Shown in pieces: positions 12,243-24,345 of a stretch of DNA of 64,000 nucleotides (within the stretch, counting starts at the first letter, position 1; every line of letters starts with the position of its first letter). A program made the translations under genes and the position numbers. Under the pieces are notes generated by a model that was given only the letters and a program-made list of their open reading frames with translations, did no database searches and was not told the DNA's origin. This stretch comes from Octopus bimaculoides (lineage: Eukaryota). The stretch spans positions 71,375,708 through 71,439,707 of the forward strand of contig NC_068988.1 of NCBI RefSeq assembly GCF_001194135.2, given 5' to 3'.

Positions 12243-12633
12243 NNNNNNNNNNNNNNNNNNNNNNNNNNNNNNNNNNNNNNNNNNNNNNNNNNNNNNNNNN
12301 NNNNNNNNNNNNNNNNNNNNNNNNNNNNNNNNNNNNNNNNNNNNNNNNNNNNNNNNNNNNNNNNNNNNNNNNNNNNNNNNNNNNNNNNNNNNNNNNNNNN
12401 NNNNNNNNNNNNNNNNNNNNNNNNNNNNNNNNNNNNNNNNNNNNNNNNNNNNNNNNNNNNNNNNNNNNNNNNNNNNNNNNNNNNNNNNNNNNNNNNNNNN
12501 NNNNNNNNNNNNNNNNNNNNNNNNNNNNNNNNNNNNNNNNNNNNNNNNNNNNNNNNNNNNNNNNNNNNNNNNNNNNNNNNNNNNNNNNNNNNNNNNNNNN
12601 NNNNNNNNNNNNNNNNNNNNNNNNNNNNNNNNN

Positions 12634-12693
<60 letters not shown>

Positions 12694-12725
12694 GTAGGTA
12701 TGTGTGTATATAAATATATATATAT

Positions 12726-13362
12726 ATAATTTGAGTGGCGGCAATACGAGCTGAAATCTAGAGGAACATGACCTATTATCCAACAAAATATTCAATATGT
12801 AAGCACCCTTACTTCAACATTAATAAAGCGACATAAAGCTCGACTTAATAGAAGTATTAATTACATACAAGCATATAGACATATACATATTCTTATAAGC
12901 CCGCAAATATCTAAAAATATCTAAAAACATTTATAAATACATAGGCATTTTAAAATAGAAGACGTCGATATGAAATGGAATATAGTAAATTATAAGTTCA
13001 TAGGATATGTTATAAGGACTAATGATTTCAAGTTACAACATACGCTTTGTCTTGTAACTTGAAATCTTTAGTTCTTGTAACATATCCTATGAACTTATAA
13101 TTTACTATATTCCATATCGACGTCTTCTATTTTAAAATGCCTATGTATTTATAAATGTTTTATATATTTTTAAATATCTAAGTGTTTTTAAATATTCTAT
13201 GTGCTTGTTTTCTGACCTCTAAATTTTTATTCCTCTATAGTGTATCGTGTGAATTTTTAATTCACTGTTTTATATAATATCGACGTTTTTATATCTTTTG
13301 TACTTATTTTACTTATATATTTTTTTAAATGCCTATGTATTAAATGCCTCCACTCAAATTAT
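12726..13362. repeat. Foldback-type element: 18-bp terminal inverted repeat enclosing a long internal hairpin
   Basis: ataatttgagtggcggca (12726-12743) versus tgcctccactcaaattat (13345-13362), 17/18 complementary. Internal arms 12922-13038 and 13052-13162 pair across a 13-nt loop. Confidence 0.8.
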
Positions 13363-14129
13363 AAATTGGAACTTCGCTCAACTTGAGCACTTCGATTCTC
13401 GCCTATCGTTCAAGTATTGTTAATTAATAACAATATCTATAAAATAGTATAATTCATATATATANNNNNNNNNNNNNNNNNNNNNNNNNNNNNNNNNNNN
13501 NNNNNNNNNNNNNNNNNNNNNNNNNNNNNNNNNNNNNNNNNNNNNNNNNNNNNNNNNNNNNNNNNNNNNNNNNNNNNNNNNNNNNNNNNNNNNNNNNNNN
13601 NNNNNNNNNNNNNNNNNNNNNNNNNNNNNNNNNNNNNNNNNNNNNNNNNNNNNNNNNNNNNNNNNNNNNNNNNNNNNNNNNNNNNNNNNNNNNNNNNNNN
13701 NNNNNNNNNNNNNNNNNNNNNNNNNNNNNNNNNNNNNNNNNNNNNNNNNNNNNNNNNNNNNNNNNNNNNNNNNNNNNNNNNNNNNNNNNNNNNNNNNNNN
13801 NNNNNNNNNNNNNNNNNNNNNNNNNNNNNNNNNNNNNNNNNNNNNNNNNNNNNNNNNNNNNNNNNNNNNNNNNNNNNNNNNNNNNNNNNNNNNNNNNNNN
13901 NNNNNNNNNNNNNNNNNNNNNNNNNNNNNNNNNNNNNNNNNNNNNNNNNNNNNNNNNNNNNNNNNNNNNNNNNNNNNNNNNNNNNNNNNNNNNNNNNNNN
14001 NNNNNNNNNNNNNNNNNNNNNNNNNNNNNNNNNNNNNNNNNNNNNNNNNNNNNNNNNNNNNNNNNNNNNNNNNNNNNNNNNNNNNNNNNNNNNNNNNNNN
14101 NNNNNNNNNNNNNTATATATATATATATC

Positions 14130-14900
14130 GGTCACCGTTTTTTTTGACTCCTGATAATTTCACTCCCGTATTTTTTTCTTTTTCGTTATTTTGACCCCGG
14201 TAATTTGACTGCCAGTCAATTTCACTCCTGGTAATTACAGCCCCGATATTAGAAAAAAGTAAAACGTTGAATAAGAAGCTTCAATAATGATAAAGTTTAT
14301 GTAAAAAATCCATCTTTTCTCATTTTTGGAATTATATTGCTCATTAATTATCTGCAGCCGTTTGTTCATATCTTTATACTTTCCGTTGGTCTCGCAGATC
14401 TCACCTCCATCAAATTCAAGCTTTCTTGTTTGTGCTAAGTGATCTTCACTTTTCAATGCAGTAATTAATCTCCATATATTCGGATGTGTGCATGTTAAAA
14501 AACTTTCTAGTGCGTTGTGATCTCCCCCTGTGATATCCCCTCTGATATCCGATCCTGTTCTAAAGCGGACATTCCAACTGTCAACGGGAAACAGATGCTA
14601 TTCATTGTCTAACTGCCCTGCCTCGCACGCATCCTATGTGCGATATTTCAAAGTAGGACATAATTTCTTGCGGAAGATCATTGTCAACTACAAGATCTTC
14701 CAATCCATCAAGGACATCATCGAGAGAAAGAAAAGCGAGCGCATACAGGAACGCTTTGTTTATAAGACGATCGTATCGTACAATCAATTCATCACAATGA
14801 TCAATAATGTTCAATTTAATGCTGAACCAATGTATTAATGCAAAATCCATACTTATAAAACTACACGAAGATGGTTGCAAAACAGCTGTAATCCTATGGA
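14130..14900 (-). mobile_element. Mutator/MULE DNA transposon relic (transposase C-terminus + repetitive terminus)
   Basis: YALAFLSLDDVLDGLEDL..LPQEIMSYFE..IG, FPVDSWNV and HPNIWRLITALKSE are typical MULE C-terminal motifs. The terminus at 14146-14250 is built from repeated ctcc(t/c)g(a/g)taattt units. Confidence 0.75.
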
Positions 14901-14959
14901 ACTTACGTGGTCATATATATATATATATATATATATGAGTTTTTGGTATCCAGAAGATC

Positions 14960-15772
14960 AAAAGGCAGGTAAGGTTATGTAAGTGATACAGAAGGGCCGC
15001 TGTTAGACTCCCGGTTTGATAATAGTACCCCACTCCGTACCACATTCTTTATCTATCCCTCCACCTTAGTGCCTTTCAAACATATCACCCCACCTCCCAC
15101 TTCTCACACATGTTCGTTTCTTACATTCTTATCTCTTCCTTCTTTCTCTCCTCCTATTCCTTTTAGCTACTGATAGTTCTCCTCTCCCCGCCCTCTCACA
15201 ATATCCTTACCACCATCCAGCACTCTTTTTCATTTTCATTTTCTCTCCCTCTTCCTTTATTTATTTCTTCTTCCCCTCCCCAATCCATTGACCTATGCCA
15301 TTTTCTTCCTACTAACATATTTATCTATTCTATTCTCAAATTTTCATTTACACTACACGGTCCCTTTGAATGAACAGCATATGGAATTAATACCTACGCA
15401 CAATCCATTTACAATAACAAAATATGACGTCCTATCGGAACTCACATACCATGGACAAGAAGCCCTTTTACCCATTCTACACAACACATTCCTAGGATAA
15501 TGGAACAACAAATTTAACATCCAACATATATCTGTATTTTTATTCTTAAATTTCCCTGTATATTTCCGATATCTGTCCCTTTCCACAATAGCTTCTTAGA
15601 TTGAACTCTACTATTTCCTTCTATTTAACTCTCTCACATCGTCTCTGACGATGGGATATATTTTTTATATCCCTGATTCAGCTGTAAGACTACCCTTCTC
15701 TTTATAAAATGTCTTACAAATTTCACTCTGCCTTGGCTTTCTTGCCTCATTTTATTTAACCAATATATATAT
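14960..15772 (+). mobile_element. Penelope-like element 3' end / pseudo-LTR remnant
   Basis: Pyrimidine-rich segment, a weak coding remnant resembling a GIY-YIG C-terminus (THIPWTRSPFTHSTQHIPRIMEQQI), then a hammerhead-like motif, ending at (TA)n. The family call is inferred mainly from the ribozyme motif. Confidence 0.6.
15641..15690 (+). ncRNA. Degenerate minimal type I hammerhead ribozyme motif (core GAAA mutated to GATT)
   Basis: GTCT-CTGACGA-t-GGGATATA-ttttt-TATATCCC-t-GATT-C-AGCT-G-TA-AGAC. Stem I GTCT/AGAC, 8-bp stem II, palindromic CAGCTG stem III. Confidence 0.7.
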
Positions 15773-16639
15773 NNNNNNNNNNNNNNNNNNNNNNNNNNNN
15801 NNNNNNNNNNNNNNNNNNNNNNNNNNNNNNNNNNNNNNNNNNNNNNNNNNNNNNNNNNNNNNNNNNNNNNNNNNNNNNNNNNNNNNNNNNNNNNNNNNNN
15901 NNNNNNNNNNNNNNNNNNNNNNNNNNNNNNNNNNNNNNNNNNNNNNNNNNNNNNNNNNNNNNNNNNNNNNNNNNNNNNNNNNNNNNNNNNNNNNNNNNNN
16001 NNNNNNNNNNNNNNNNNNNNNNNNNNNNNNNNNNNNNNNNNNNNNNNNNNNNNNNNNNNNNNNNNNNNNNNNNNNNNNNNNNNNNNNNNNNNNNNNNNNN
16101 NNNNNNNNNNNNNNNNNNNNNNNNNNNNNNNNNNNNNNNNNNNNNNNNNNNNNNNNNNNNNNNNNNNNNNNNNNNNNNNNNNNNNNNNNNNNNNNNNNNN
16201 NNNNNNNNNNNNNNNNNNNNNNNNNNNNNNNNNNNNNNNNNNNNNNNNNNNNNNNNNNNNNNNNNNNNNNNNNNNNNNNNNNNNNNNNNNNNNNNNNNNN
16301 NNNNNNNNNNNNNNNNNNNNNNNNNNNNNNNNNNNNNNNNNNNNNNNNNNNNNNNNNNNNNNNNNNNNNNNNNNNNNNNNNNNNNNNNNNNNNNNNNNNN
16401 NNNNNNNNNNNNNNNNNNNNNNNNNNNNNNNNNNNNNNNNNNNNNNNNNNNNNNNNNNNNNNNNNNNNNNNNNNNNNNNNNNNNNNNNNNNNNNNNNNNN
16501 NNNNNNNNNNNNNNNNNNNNNNNNNNNNNNNNNNNNNNNNNNNNNNNNNNNNNNNNNNNNNNATATATATATATATAGTTTTAGGGAAAAGAACCAAGTT
16601 TCAAGAACACATCGATGAAAATCCACTATCACATATAGT

Positions 16640-17460
16640 AAAATTAATAATTAAAAGCTACTGATCAGATGACGAATATTCTCTTGGGGAATGTCTTGCC
16701 AATTTCCATACGGTAATCTCAAAAGATCTGGCTTTGGGGAAGCTTTCTTCTTTCTACGACGTGTCATATCTATTATGCCCAGAGGTGTTCAAGAAGGTTC
16801 ATATCTGGTGACTGGCTTAGCCATGGAAGTTTTTTAATGCCATTCTCTTCCAACCAATATTGGGTCTTTTTAGCCGTGTAACAAAGAGCCTCATCTTCTA
16901 TAAATAAACAGTCTTATCGAATCATTTCACCATTGGAGAAGAATGGAAGGAGTCCTTTCTGAAATATTGACACTTATTAACTGAGTTTATGCATCCATCA
17001 TAGTCCACAAGCTCTGATTGACCATTGCTCCAAATTGATCCCTAGACTATCACAGAGGTGCTGCTTTGTTTCATTGTTGGCAGCAACCTTTTCATGTCAA
17101 ATTCTTGATGACAGTGTCTCCAGATCTACACTCGACCACTGACAGAAAATACAGCAAATCTGGAGTCATCAGAGAATATGATAGTGTCCCAAAATTCTAG
17201 CGGAAACTCCATCATCTCACCGGCACAATCTTTTCCTCACTTGATATTGGCTGGTTCAATTGGTTTCCTTCTTGCTGCCCTGCCATAGTAGCCAAACTTG
17301 TGGAAATACCTGACAACTGTTCTGGCACTGGCATCACCCTATTCTGTTATGTACAAGGCCTTGCAATGAGGATTATCTTCCACACTTCGCTTAACAAAGC
17401 AAAGGGTCCTGTCAGAGGACCCTGGTCGACCTGCGCAAGATGATGTGAACTAATTCATCT
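16640..17460 (-). mobile_element. Degraded Tc1-type (DD34E) transposase
   Basis: Minus-strand pieces RTVVRYFHKFGYYGRAARRKP, WDTIIFSDDSRFAVFS.SGRV and PWLSQSPDMNLLEHLWA, with stops and frameshifts. Confidence 0.88.
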
Positions 17461-17738
17461 CTCTGCTGAATTGCACATTCAACTTTATTAAATATGGAAA
17501 GCGGGATCCTAAGGTTTTCTGTAATTTTATATTAAGTCCATTTTAAATTGACATACAATACGGCTTTTTTAAAATTTGGACTGTTCCAAGGCTTCTTTTG
17601 TACATGGGAGGATTAAACAGTTACATATAGAACCTAAAGCATGAAAATGTTCATTAATAAAAGATATAAACCTTTTTAAGTTAAAATGAACATAAAAGAA
17701 TGTTTTATGATATGTCTATTTATTTCTGTCATCATGCC

Positions 17739-17787
<49 letters not shown>

Positions 17788-18229
17788 NNNNNNNNNNNNN
17801 NNNNNNNNNNNNNNNNNNNNNNNNNNNNNNNNNNNNNNNNNNNNNNNNNNNNNNNNNNNNNNNNNNNNNNNNNNNNNNNNNNNNNNNNNNNNNNNNNNNN
17901 NNNNNNNNNNNNNNNNNNNNNNNNNNNNNNNNNNNNNNNNNNNNNNNNNNNNNNNNNNNNNNNNNNNNNNNNNNNNNNNNNNNNNNNNNNNNNNNNNNNN
18001 NNNNNNNNNNNNNNNNNNNNNNNNNNNNNNNNNNNNNNNNNNNNNNNNNNNNNNNNNNNNNNNNNNNNNNNNNNNNNNNNNNNNNNNNNNNNNNNNNNNN
18101 NNNNNNNNNNNNNNNNNNNNNNNNNNNNNNNNNNNNNNNNNNNNNNNNNNNNNNNNNNNNNNNNNNNNNNNNNNNNNNNNNNNNNNNNNNNNNNNNNNNN
18201 NNNNNNNNNNNNNNNNNNNNNTATCGTGC

Positions 18230-18560
18230 AGTTACTGTTAATACTTCATTTAGAGAATTAACATTGCTTGTTTTCACCTTTTCGATATCAGTGAAGAATT
18301 TCACTGGAAAAGAAGATATAAGATTGCCAGGTTTTTGTCTCTCTCGCCAAGGTCAGCAGCTATCGGGCGCCGACGAAGTGAAATAACCCTGAAATCCGGA
18401 TACGTTCGTGCTGCAGATCGAGGTGAGAGGGATAATTTCCCTTGGCAAACAGGACACAGTCGTGTGTCGATAAGCCAGCTGGAGGAGATGTCCTCCTGGG
18501 GCTAAAAGCAACAGTAACATCCACCCCTAGGGGTCAACCACACTTAAGTGGCAATATACT
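18230..18560 (+). mobile_element. Highly structured GC-richer repeat unit carrying a hammerhead (retrozyme- or PLE-pLTR-like)
   Basis: Stacked hairpins and palindromes flank the ribozyme: cagtgaa/ttcactg, gacaca-gtcg-tgtgtc, ggagga-gatg-tcctcc, cccctagggg, ccac..ttaagtgg. The unit ends in (TA)n and its 5' side is lost in a gap. Confidence 0.5.
18335..18435 (+). ncRNA. Type I hammerhead ribozyme motif with long extended stem I
   Basis: CGGGCG-CCGACGA-AGTG-aaataa-CCCT-GAAA-T-CCGG-A-TA-CGTTCG. Stem I continues as GCAGC/GCTGC, GGTC/GATC and ttgtctctctcgcc/ggtgagagggataa. The core has a U4C variant and stem II has one mismatch. Confidence 0.72.
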
Positions 18561-21500
18561 ACACTATATATATATAAATATATATATATATCACAGCTGT
18601 CTTTTTGAAAGTATCAATGTTTTTTATTCTATCTATCTCTCTTTATTGTTGTCTGTCTTGGCTAGGGTCCCCAAAGTATGATTATTTATGTCATGGCACA
18701 AACAACGTATGCTATTCAATTAAATTGTAAATTTACAAGCATGTATTGGGAGCTAACAACGTAACCTTAAACTCACCAGTTTGAGGATTATGATATTATA
18801 TTTTCTCGTGTGTGATTAACAAGGTTGCTTTGCAACCGCGGGTATGCGAGATCGATCTTCGTACACAGTATTTTAAGAAAGTGTCCTTTAACGCAACCTC
18901 TGGGTGGCAAATGCCTTGCGAATTAACTCAACCATTTAAAAGTAGCGACAAGATTTGTTTCATAATACAGCCTACTGTCTTAAAAGAAGAATGTACACAT
19001 TGGACAGTGTAGTTCATGGTGTAGAAAAACGACAGTATGGTGATGAGCGAAAAGCCTTTGTTTGTAGGTTTGCTCGAACAAAACTAATCTATAGTCAAAT
19101 CAGGTATTGTAGGAAACCACTTCGGAAATGACATTCGAAGCAAGTGATTTTGAACGTGTCTTATTTATTCCTGTATCAGTATCCACGAAACAGTTGTATG
19201 ACCACACAGAATTTTAACATTGATGCTAACTGTGTAAGATACTAGAAACTATTTGAATAATTAATATTGACCGTAAATATCATTACATACAAATAATTCT
19301 GGTACAGATTTATATAACCCGATGCCAGAATTAATTAACACTTTTGAAGTGTGAACATTACGTAATATTTCGCTTACGATACAATAGAAACTGTTTCGAC
19401 GGCACTGAGACTAAAATACAGTTCAGTTAGGATCGTTTGCCAGGCTCACATTGTATTCTCATGGATAGTAAACGAAAGATATTTTACAGACAGTGAAAAC
19501 AATTTCTCTTCTACAAACAGGAAGCATTTCGGATTGCAACTGATTGCATTCATGAGATACTGCGAACGACGCGATCGGATCCGGTCTAGAAGTCTCAATC
19601 ACGCAGATTTACGTGTGCATTCAAGACAACCACATGTAAACAACATTGATTTTGTTAGATATGTAACAAAATAAGTCAATGGTTAGAAAATAACCGGTGT
19701 CATTGAACATGGTAAAAATCCTGCTTGAACTTAAATCCCTTGTAACGGCATGTTACTGCAATGAACGGTAGCAAATGAAACTAAAGTAAAAAGTAAAAAT
19801 TTAGGAGCGTAGGCTTTATAATTTGTTAGTTAGAATACAAAAGACTTTTGATATACTATTATTCATTCTAGTACATTTATAGTTCTGTTATCTTCCGAAT
19901 TTTCTCCGCGTTTCTCTTAATTTTTGTTACTACGCTCCTGAGACCATTTAGGGATTTGTTTCTTTATTCTTTGATGGAGTATTTCACTTCATTTACTTTA
20001 ATGCCTTGTGCAAATTTACAATTTCATTTAGCTCATTCTGAAATATTTCTAAGTTTTCTCTTAAAATTAAAATTGTTTTTATTATGCTGATCTTTTTAAA
20101 TATGTATGAGCCTAATCGACTGAGACTAATCTATTAGAATAGTTTCTTCATAAAACTATACATGAAAGTACATCAGAATAAACAGCTTAACTTCTTAGGT
20201 TTTGTCTAGAAACACTAATATTTCCAACTTAGTATGAAAAATGTTACGACCTATTGTACAATGATCTCATTTCTTTAGTAACTTTGAGTAGAAAAAGAAA
20301 ACAACATGCATGATGAATACTCAAATGAAGTTACTTAATTTCTCTTTTCCTTAATGATCTTATGGTTTTCTTTACATAAGCAATTCCTAATCATAAAGCA
20401 TATATCATACAAAAGACAAAATATTCTACTAATGTGTTTGGTTTGCTGTCTATACACCGAGTTTCTAATCAAACAAGAAACTAAAACTTCATCGCGTTCG
20501 TTATGGAATGCTTTTTGATATGCTGTTTGGCTAGTGTTTTTTTTTGGGGGGGGGGGATTGAACATTTTACCATTCTATAGAAAGTTGTTTACTAAATTAT
20601 CACCCTTTTTTGTCTATTCTGCAAATTTCTAACGAGTCTTCACATTGTCCACATTCATCTGCGGAAGATTATTGTTTTTTGTCTTTTTGAAGATATCAAA
20701 TAATGTGCATTTTGTTATTTGACATAGGACGTTCTAGAAGAATTGGAAAGTAAGTTAGAAAAAGTTGAAATAGTGTTATGCTAGTAAGTATGTAATCGAC
20801 TTTATTTTTTGATTTTATGCAATAGCAAATACATCGAAAATTGTTAATGCTGTAAATATTAATTTTTGTAACATGTAAGATCATTTTTCCGGCGTTGATG
20901 TTATATTTAAGGAAAGATATCATACGGAGAGACGTTTTCATTGTAGCATGTGTTCATGTTATTTACTATGTTCAACAGCTATTTCCAACTTTACAGTTTC
21001 CTTAACACATTATAGGTAAAAAATTTAAAAGCTATTTCTTCATGATGCAAGTATGTAAGTCCTTTAGAAAAGAAAAAAAAAACTATTTGAAAAATATTTT
21101 CTTTTCTCCCCCTATTATGTGCATTTCTGTTTCTCATAACATAAATCTTCGGCGGTATAGAACGATAGAGAAAGAATTAGTGTTAAAAGTGTTGTTACAC
21201 ACTTTCGCAAGAAACAAAAGCCTCGCAGGTAAGCCAGTGGAAGTAGAATCTTATCTTACACGCCAATTACCAAACATAGTATCTATGATCGACTGCATGC
21301 TAAATTCAACTTACTGGAAATCGATATGATTTTAGCCGTCGTAACTGTAGCTAGCTAAATAGCAAATAATCACAAAGGAATAAAATGACAATTTTATTTA
21401 GCATACTCTTAAGGAAGAGTTGAAACATATTGGCTCAGCAGAAATGTAATGATTCATCACTCTTTTCAAAAAGAATATTTTTATGTTTAAAGGAGAAAAA

Positions 21501-23199
21501 TGTATCGGCAAGAGGATTCTTCCAATGAATCAAATCAATAGAAATAAAGTTCGAAAAAGAAAAGAGAATTTGTTCAATTAATATGAACAAAAATTATGAA
21601 TGTATTTGTGGGGCATAACTTATAGAGCTTTCAGAGGTTGCGACGAAGTGTGTAATAAGAAACATTTGAGGAAATTAAAGCATAGTAAATGAATTTATAA
21701 AACATCTGGGAGAAATAAATAGTATTATGTAGGAGAAATCTTTATACAATGAAATTCTATAAGTTTAGTATTGTGAAAACAAGAAATAAATTATTCAATG
21801 CGGAATATAAACATTGAAGTAAAGGTGCATAAGATTTAAAACATTGATGAAATAAAAGAGTTTAAAAAAAAAAAAAAAATTCTTTGAGTACGAAACAATT
21901 AGTGAATTGTATTCTATGTGTATAATCAATGAAAATTCTTTTAAGAAACTGCTTAATTTTTATGGATCTTATTCAAATTTTGTCATATATTTTCACTTAG
22001 CAGAATGCATTTCGGTGTAGAATTATGGCCCAAAATTTTATGAATTTTAGGAGAAATCTTGTGAAATGAGAACAAACATATTACCAAAAATGACACCTGA
22101 ATAAGTGGGAAGAAAATTGTATAAGAAGCAGGAAACAATGGTTTAATGGAATTTTAATTCCAGGATTAAGAATTATTTCTTGCTTGCGACTGTCAAAGAG
22201 ACTACTGCTATGTTAAGAAAGATGTATATATGAAAAAGTATACTATCCACCCTACTACTTATGTATCAAATATTTGAGCAATATTTATATTATTTGTGAT
22301 ACAAATAAGATTGCTTTGTATAGTTTTTAGACTATAAGTCTAAAATTCGAACTTCTTAGCAGATTAGTCGCAATCTAACACATTGATTGATTCCATTGCG
22401 ACATTGTAGCGTTACGAAAGACATACAAGTAAATTTTAATAATACTGAAACAGCATAAAATATGTTTCAGTACCATAAAGATTTCTAGAGACTATTAAAA
22501 ATATTTAAATCGAAATTAAATCCATGATTTCGAATATATGTTAATAAGCCTCTACACTGAAGACTTCACAAAAACATCGTTATCATTAGGTTTCAATTTT
22601 ATTTTGTATGTTTAAAGAAAAATAAATAATGGGAAACTCTTTGCTCTCACTAGTTTTACAATGTTTCATATTTATAAACACACTGATTTCGAACGCAAAC
22701 AATGACCAAAAGTAACTCTCACGCTGCTTTAGTTTTTTTTAACAAAAACACTGATGAGCGGAATATAAGTTACCACCAAAAATAAAGTAATTAAAAAATA
22801 GCGAAAAAAAACCCCATTGCATACCACCCAGTCTCAGAAGACTTAGATGCTCTACGGGATCATTGTTATCGTTACTTCGCTTGTAATAGGTACGTGATTA
22901 CTGTCTCGTCACTGGCCCTTACTTTAAAAATCATCAATTATAAGAACATAGTGTAAGCTTGCCGATGATTGGATTGTATCTGTTTAAAGCTTCCGTTGCA
23001 ATTAGTTTCCTTTGAGGAAGAGAGTCCTTCAAACACACATTGATAAAGATATTTGTTTATTTATATATTCTATGTATAATTCTAAAACCCTAAGAAAATT
23101 TATGAAAATCGCAATAGCTAGCCACTAATTTTTCTAAAAGCAAATTCTTATCAATATATATTCAGTAATGCAAACAGGATCTACGATTTTCGACTCGTA

Positions 23200-24128
23200 G
23201 AGCAGCTAGTATGCTAAAAATTCCACATGCATCAGTCCACAGAATCCTGCGAAGTGATCTGATCAAAAAAGATCATCACATTAAAGTTTTTCACAACTTA
23301 CAAATATCTACCCAGATCAGCGATATGTGCTCAGCTTCAAATTGAAAGTGGCAGTTTAATCAACGAAACTCTGTTCAGTGATGAAGCGACCTTCCACACA
23401 CTTGAAAAGGTTAATTGTGATAATTATCGCATTTGGGTAAGTGAGAGGCCAACTGAATTTCTTGAATGGGAACGAAACATACCGGAAGTGAATGTTTGGC
23501 TTATTATGACTAAGTGAAATGTATACGGATCTTTCTTCTTCGCAGAGACTACGGTCACAGGAAAAGTATATCTTGATATGCTTGAAGAATTTCTTGAACC
23601 TCAAATTCTTATAGATGGCATTCTTGACACGGTAGTTTCTCAACAGAATGAAGCACCGAGCCATTATGCACAGATCGTACGTAACTGTCCGGGCAGTCTC
23701 TTCCCTCGTAGTTGTATTTGTCGCGGAGAAATGTAACCGTGGATAGCACGCTCACCCGATTTAACACCATTAGATTTTTTTTTAGCTTTGGGGTTCGTAG
23801 TACGCTCACCTGAATTAACACCATTAAATTTTTTTTTCGTTTGGGGGCTCGTTAAGTTTATGGAATACACAAATAGAATTGGAGATGTAGCAGGACTTCG
23901 AAATCTTATTGTTGATGCAATTCAAAACATCGCATCCCAAATTCTGGAAAGTGTGTTCAAGGAATCAATTTATAGCTTTGAGAGCTGTAGTAACACTGAT
24001 TTTCACCTTCTGGAGAACTAATTCTTTGCAGCATATACTTTGAATTAAATATATTATTCAAATTTAAATCAGTTTTTCATTATCCCAATTATTTCTCAAA
24101 ATAGATAGTGAATTTTGAAACCCCGTGT
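23200..24128 (+). mobile_element. Degraded mariner-superfamily (rosa/DD41D-like) transposon
   Basis: AASMLKIPHASVHRILRSDL, FSDEATFH, VNVW, GSFFFAETTVTGKVYLDML, QQNEAPSHY and ARSPDLTPLDFF, plus a 3' TIR-like ttttgaaaccccgtgtta. Confidence 0.88.
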
Positions 24129-24230
24129 TAATAATAACAGTAAAATAATAAAATTTAAGTTCAGCAGCCGTCAATAATTATTTATAAAAACCAATTAATT
24201 CTAATGGGTTGTAATATTTTTACAAATTTT

Positions 24231-24345
24231 TCAAATTTCGTCAAGATCGACTTTGTTTTTCATCCTTTCGGGACGATAAAATAAGTACCAGTTGAACACT
24301 GGGATCGATGTAATCAACGAGCCCCACCCTGAAATTGCTGAAATT
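24231..24345 (+). mobile_element. SINE family A fragment
   Basis: ttcaaatttcgtcaagatcgactttgtttttcatcctttcgggacgataaaataagtaccagttgaacactgggatcgatgtaatc matches the copy at 29796-29983. Confidence 0.85.

Noticed and set aside
13365-13405. gctcaa-c-ttgagc hairpin followed by GAAG on the minus strand, as a decayed hammerhead
   Set aside because: Both core boxes mismatch and there is no stem I.
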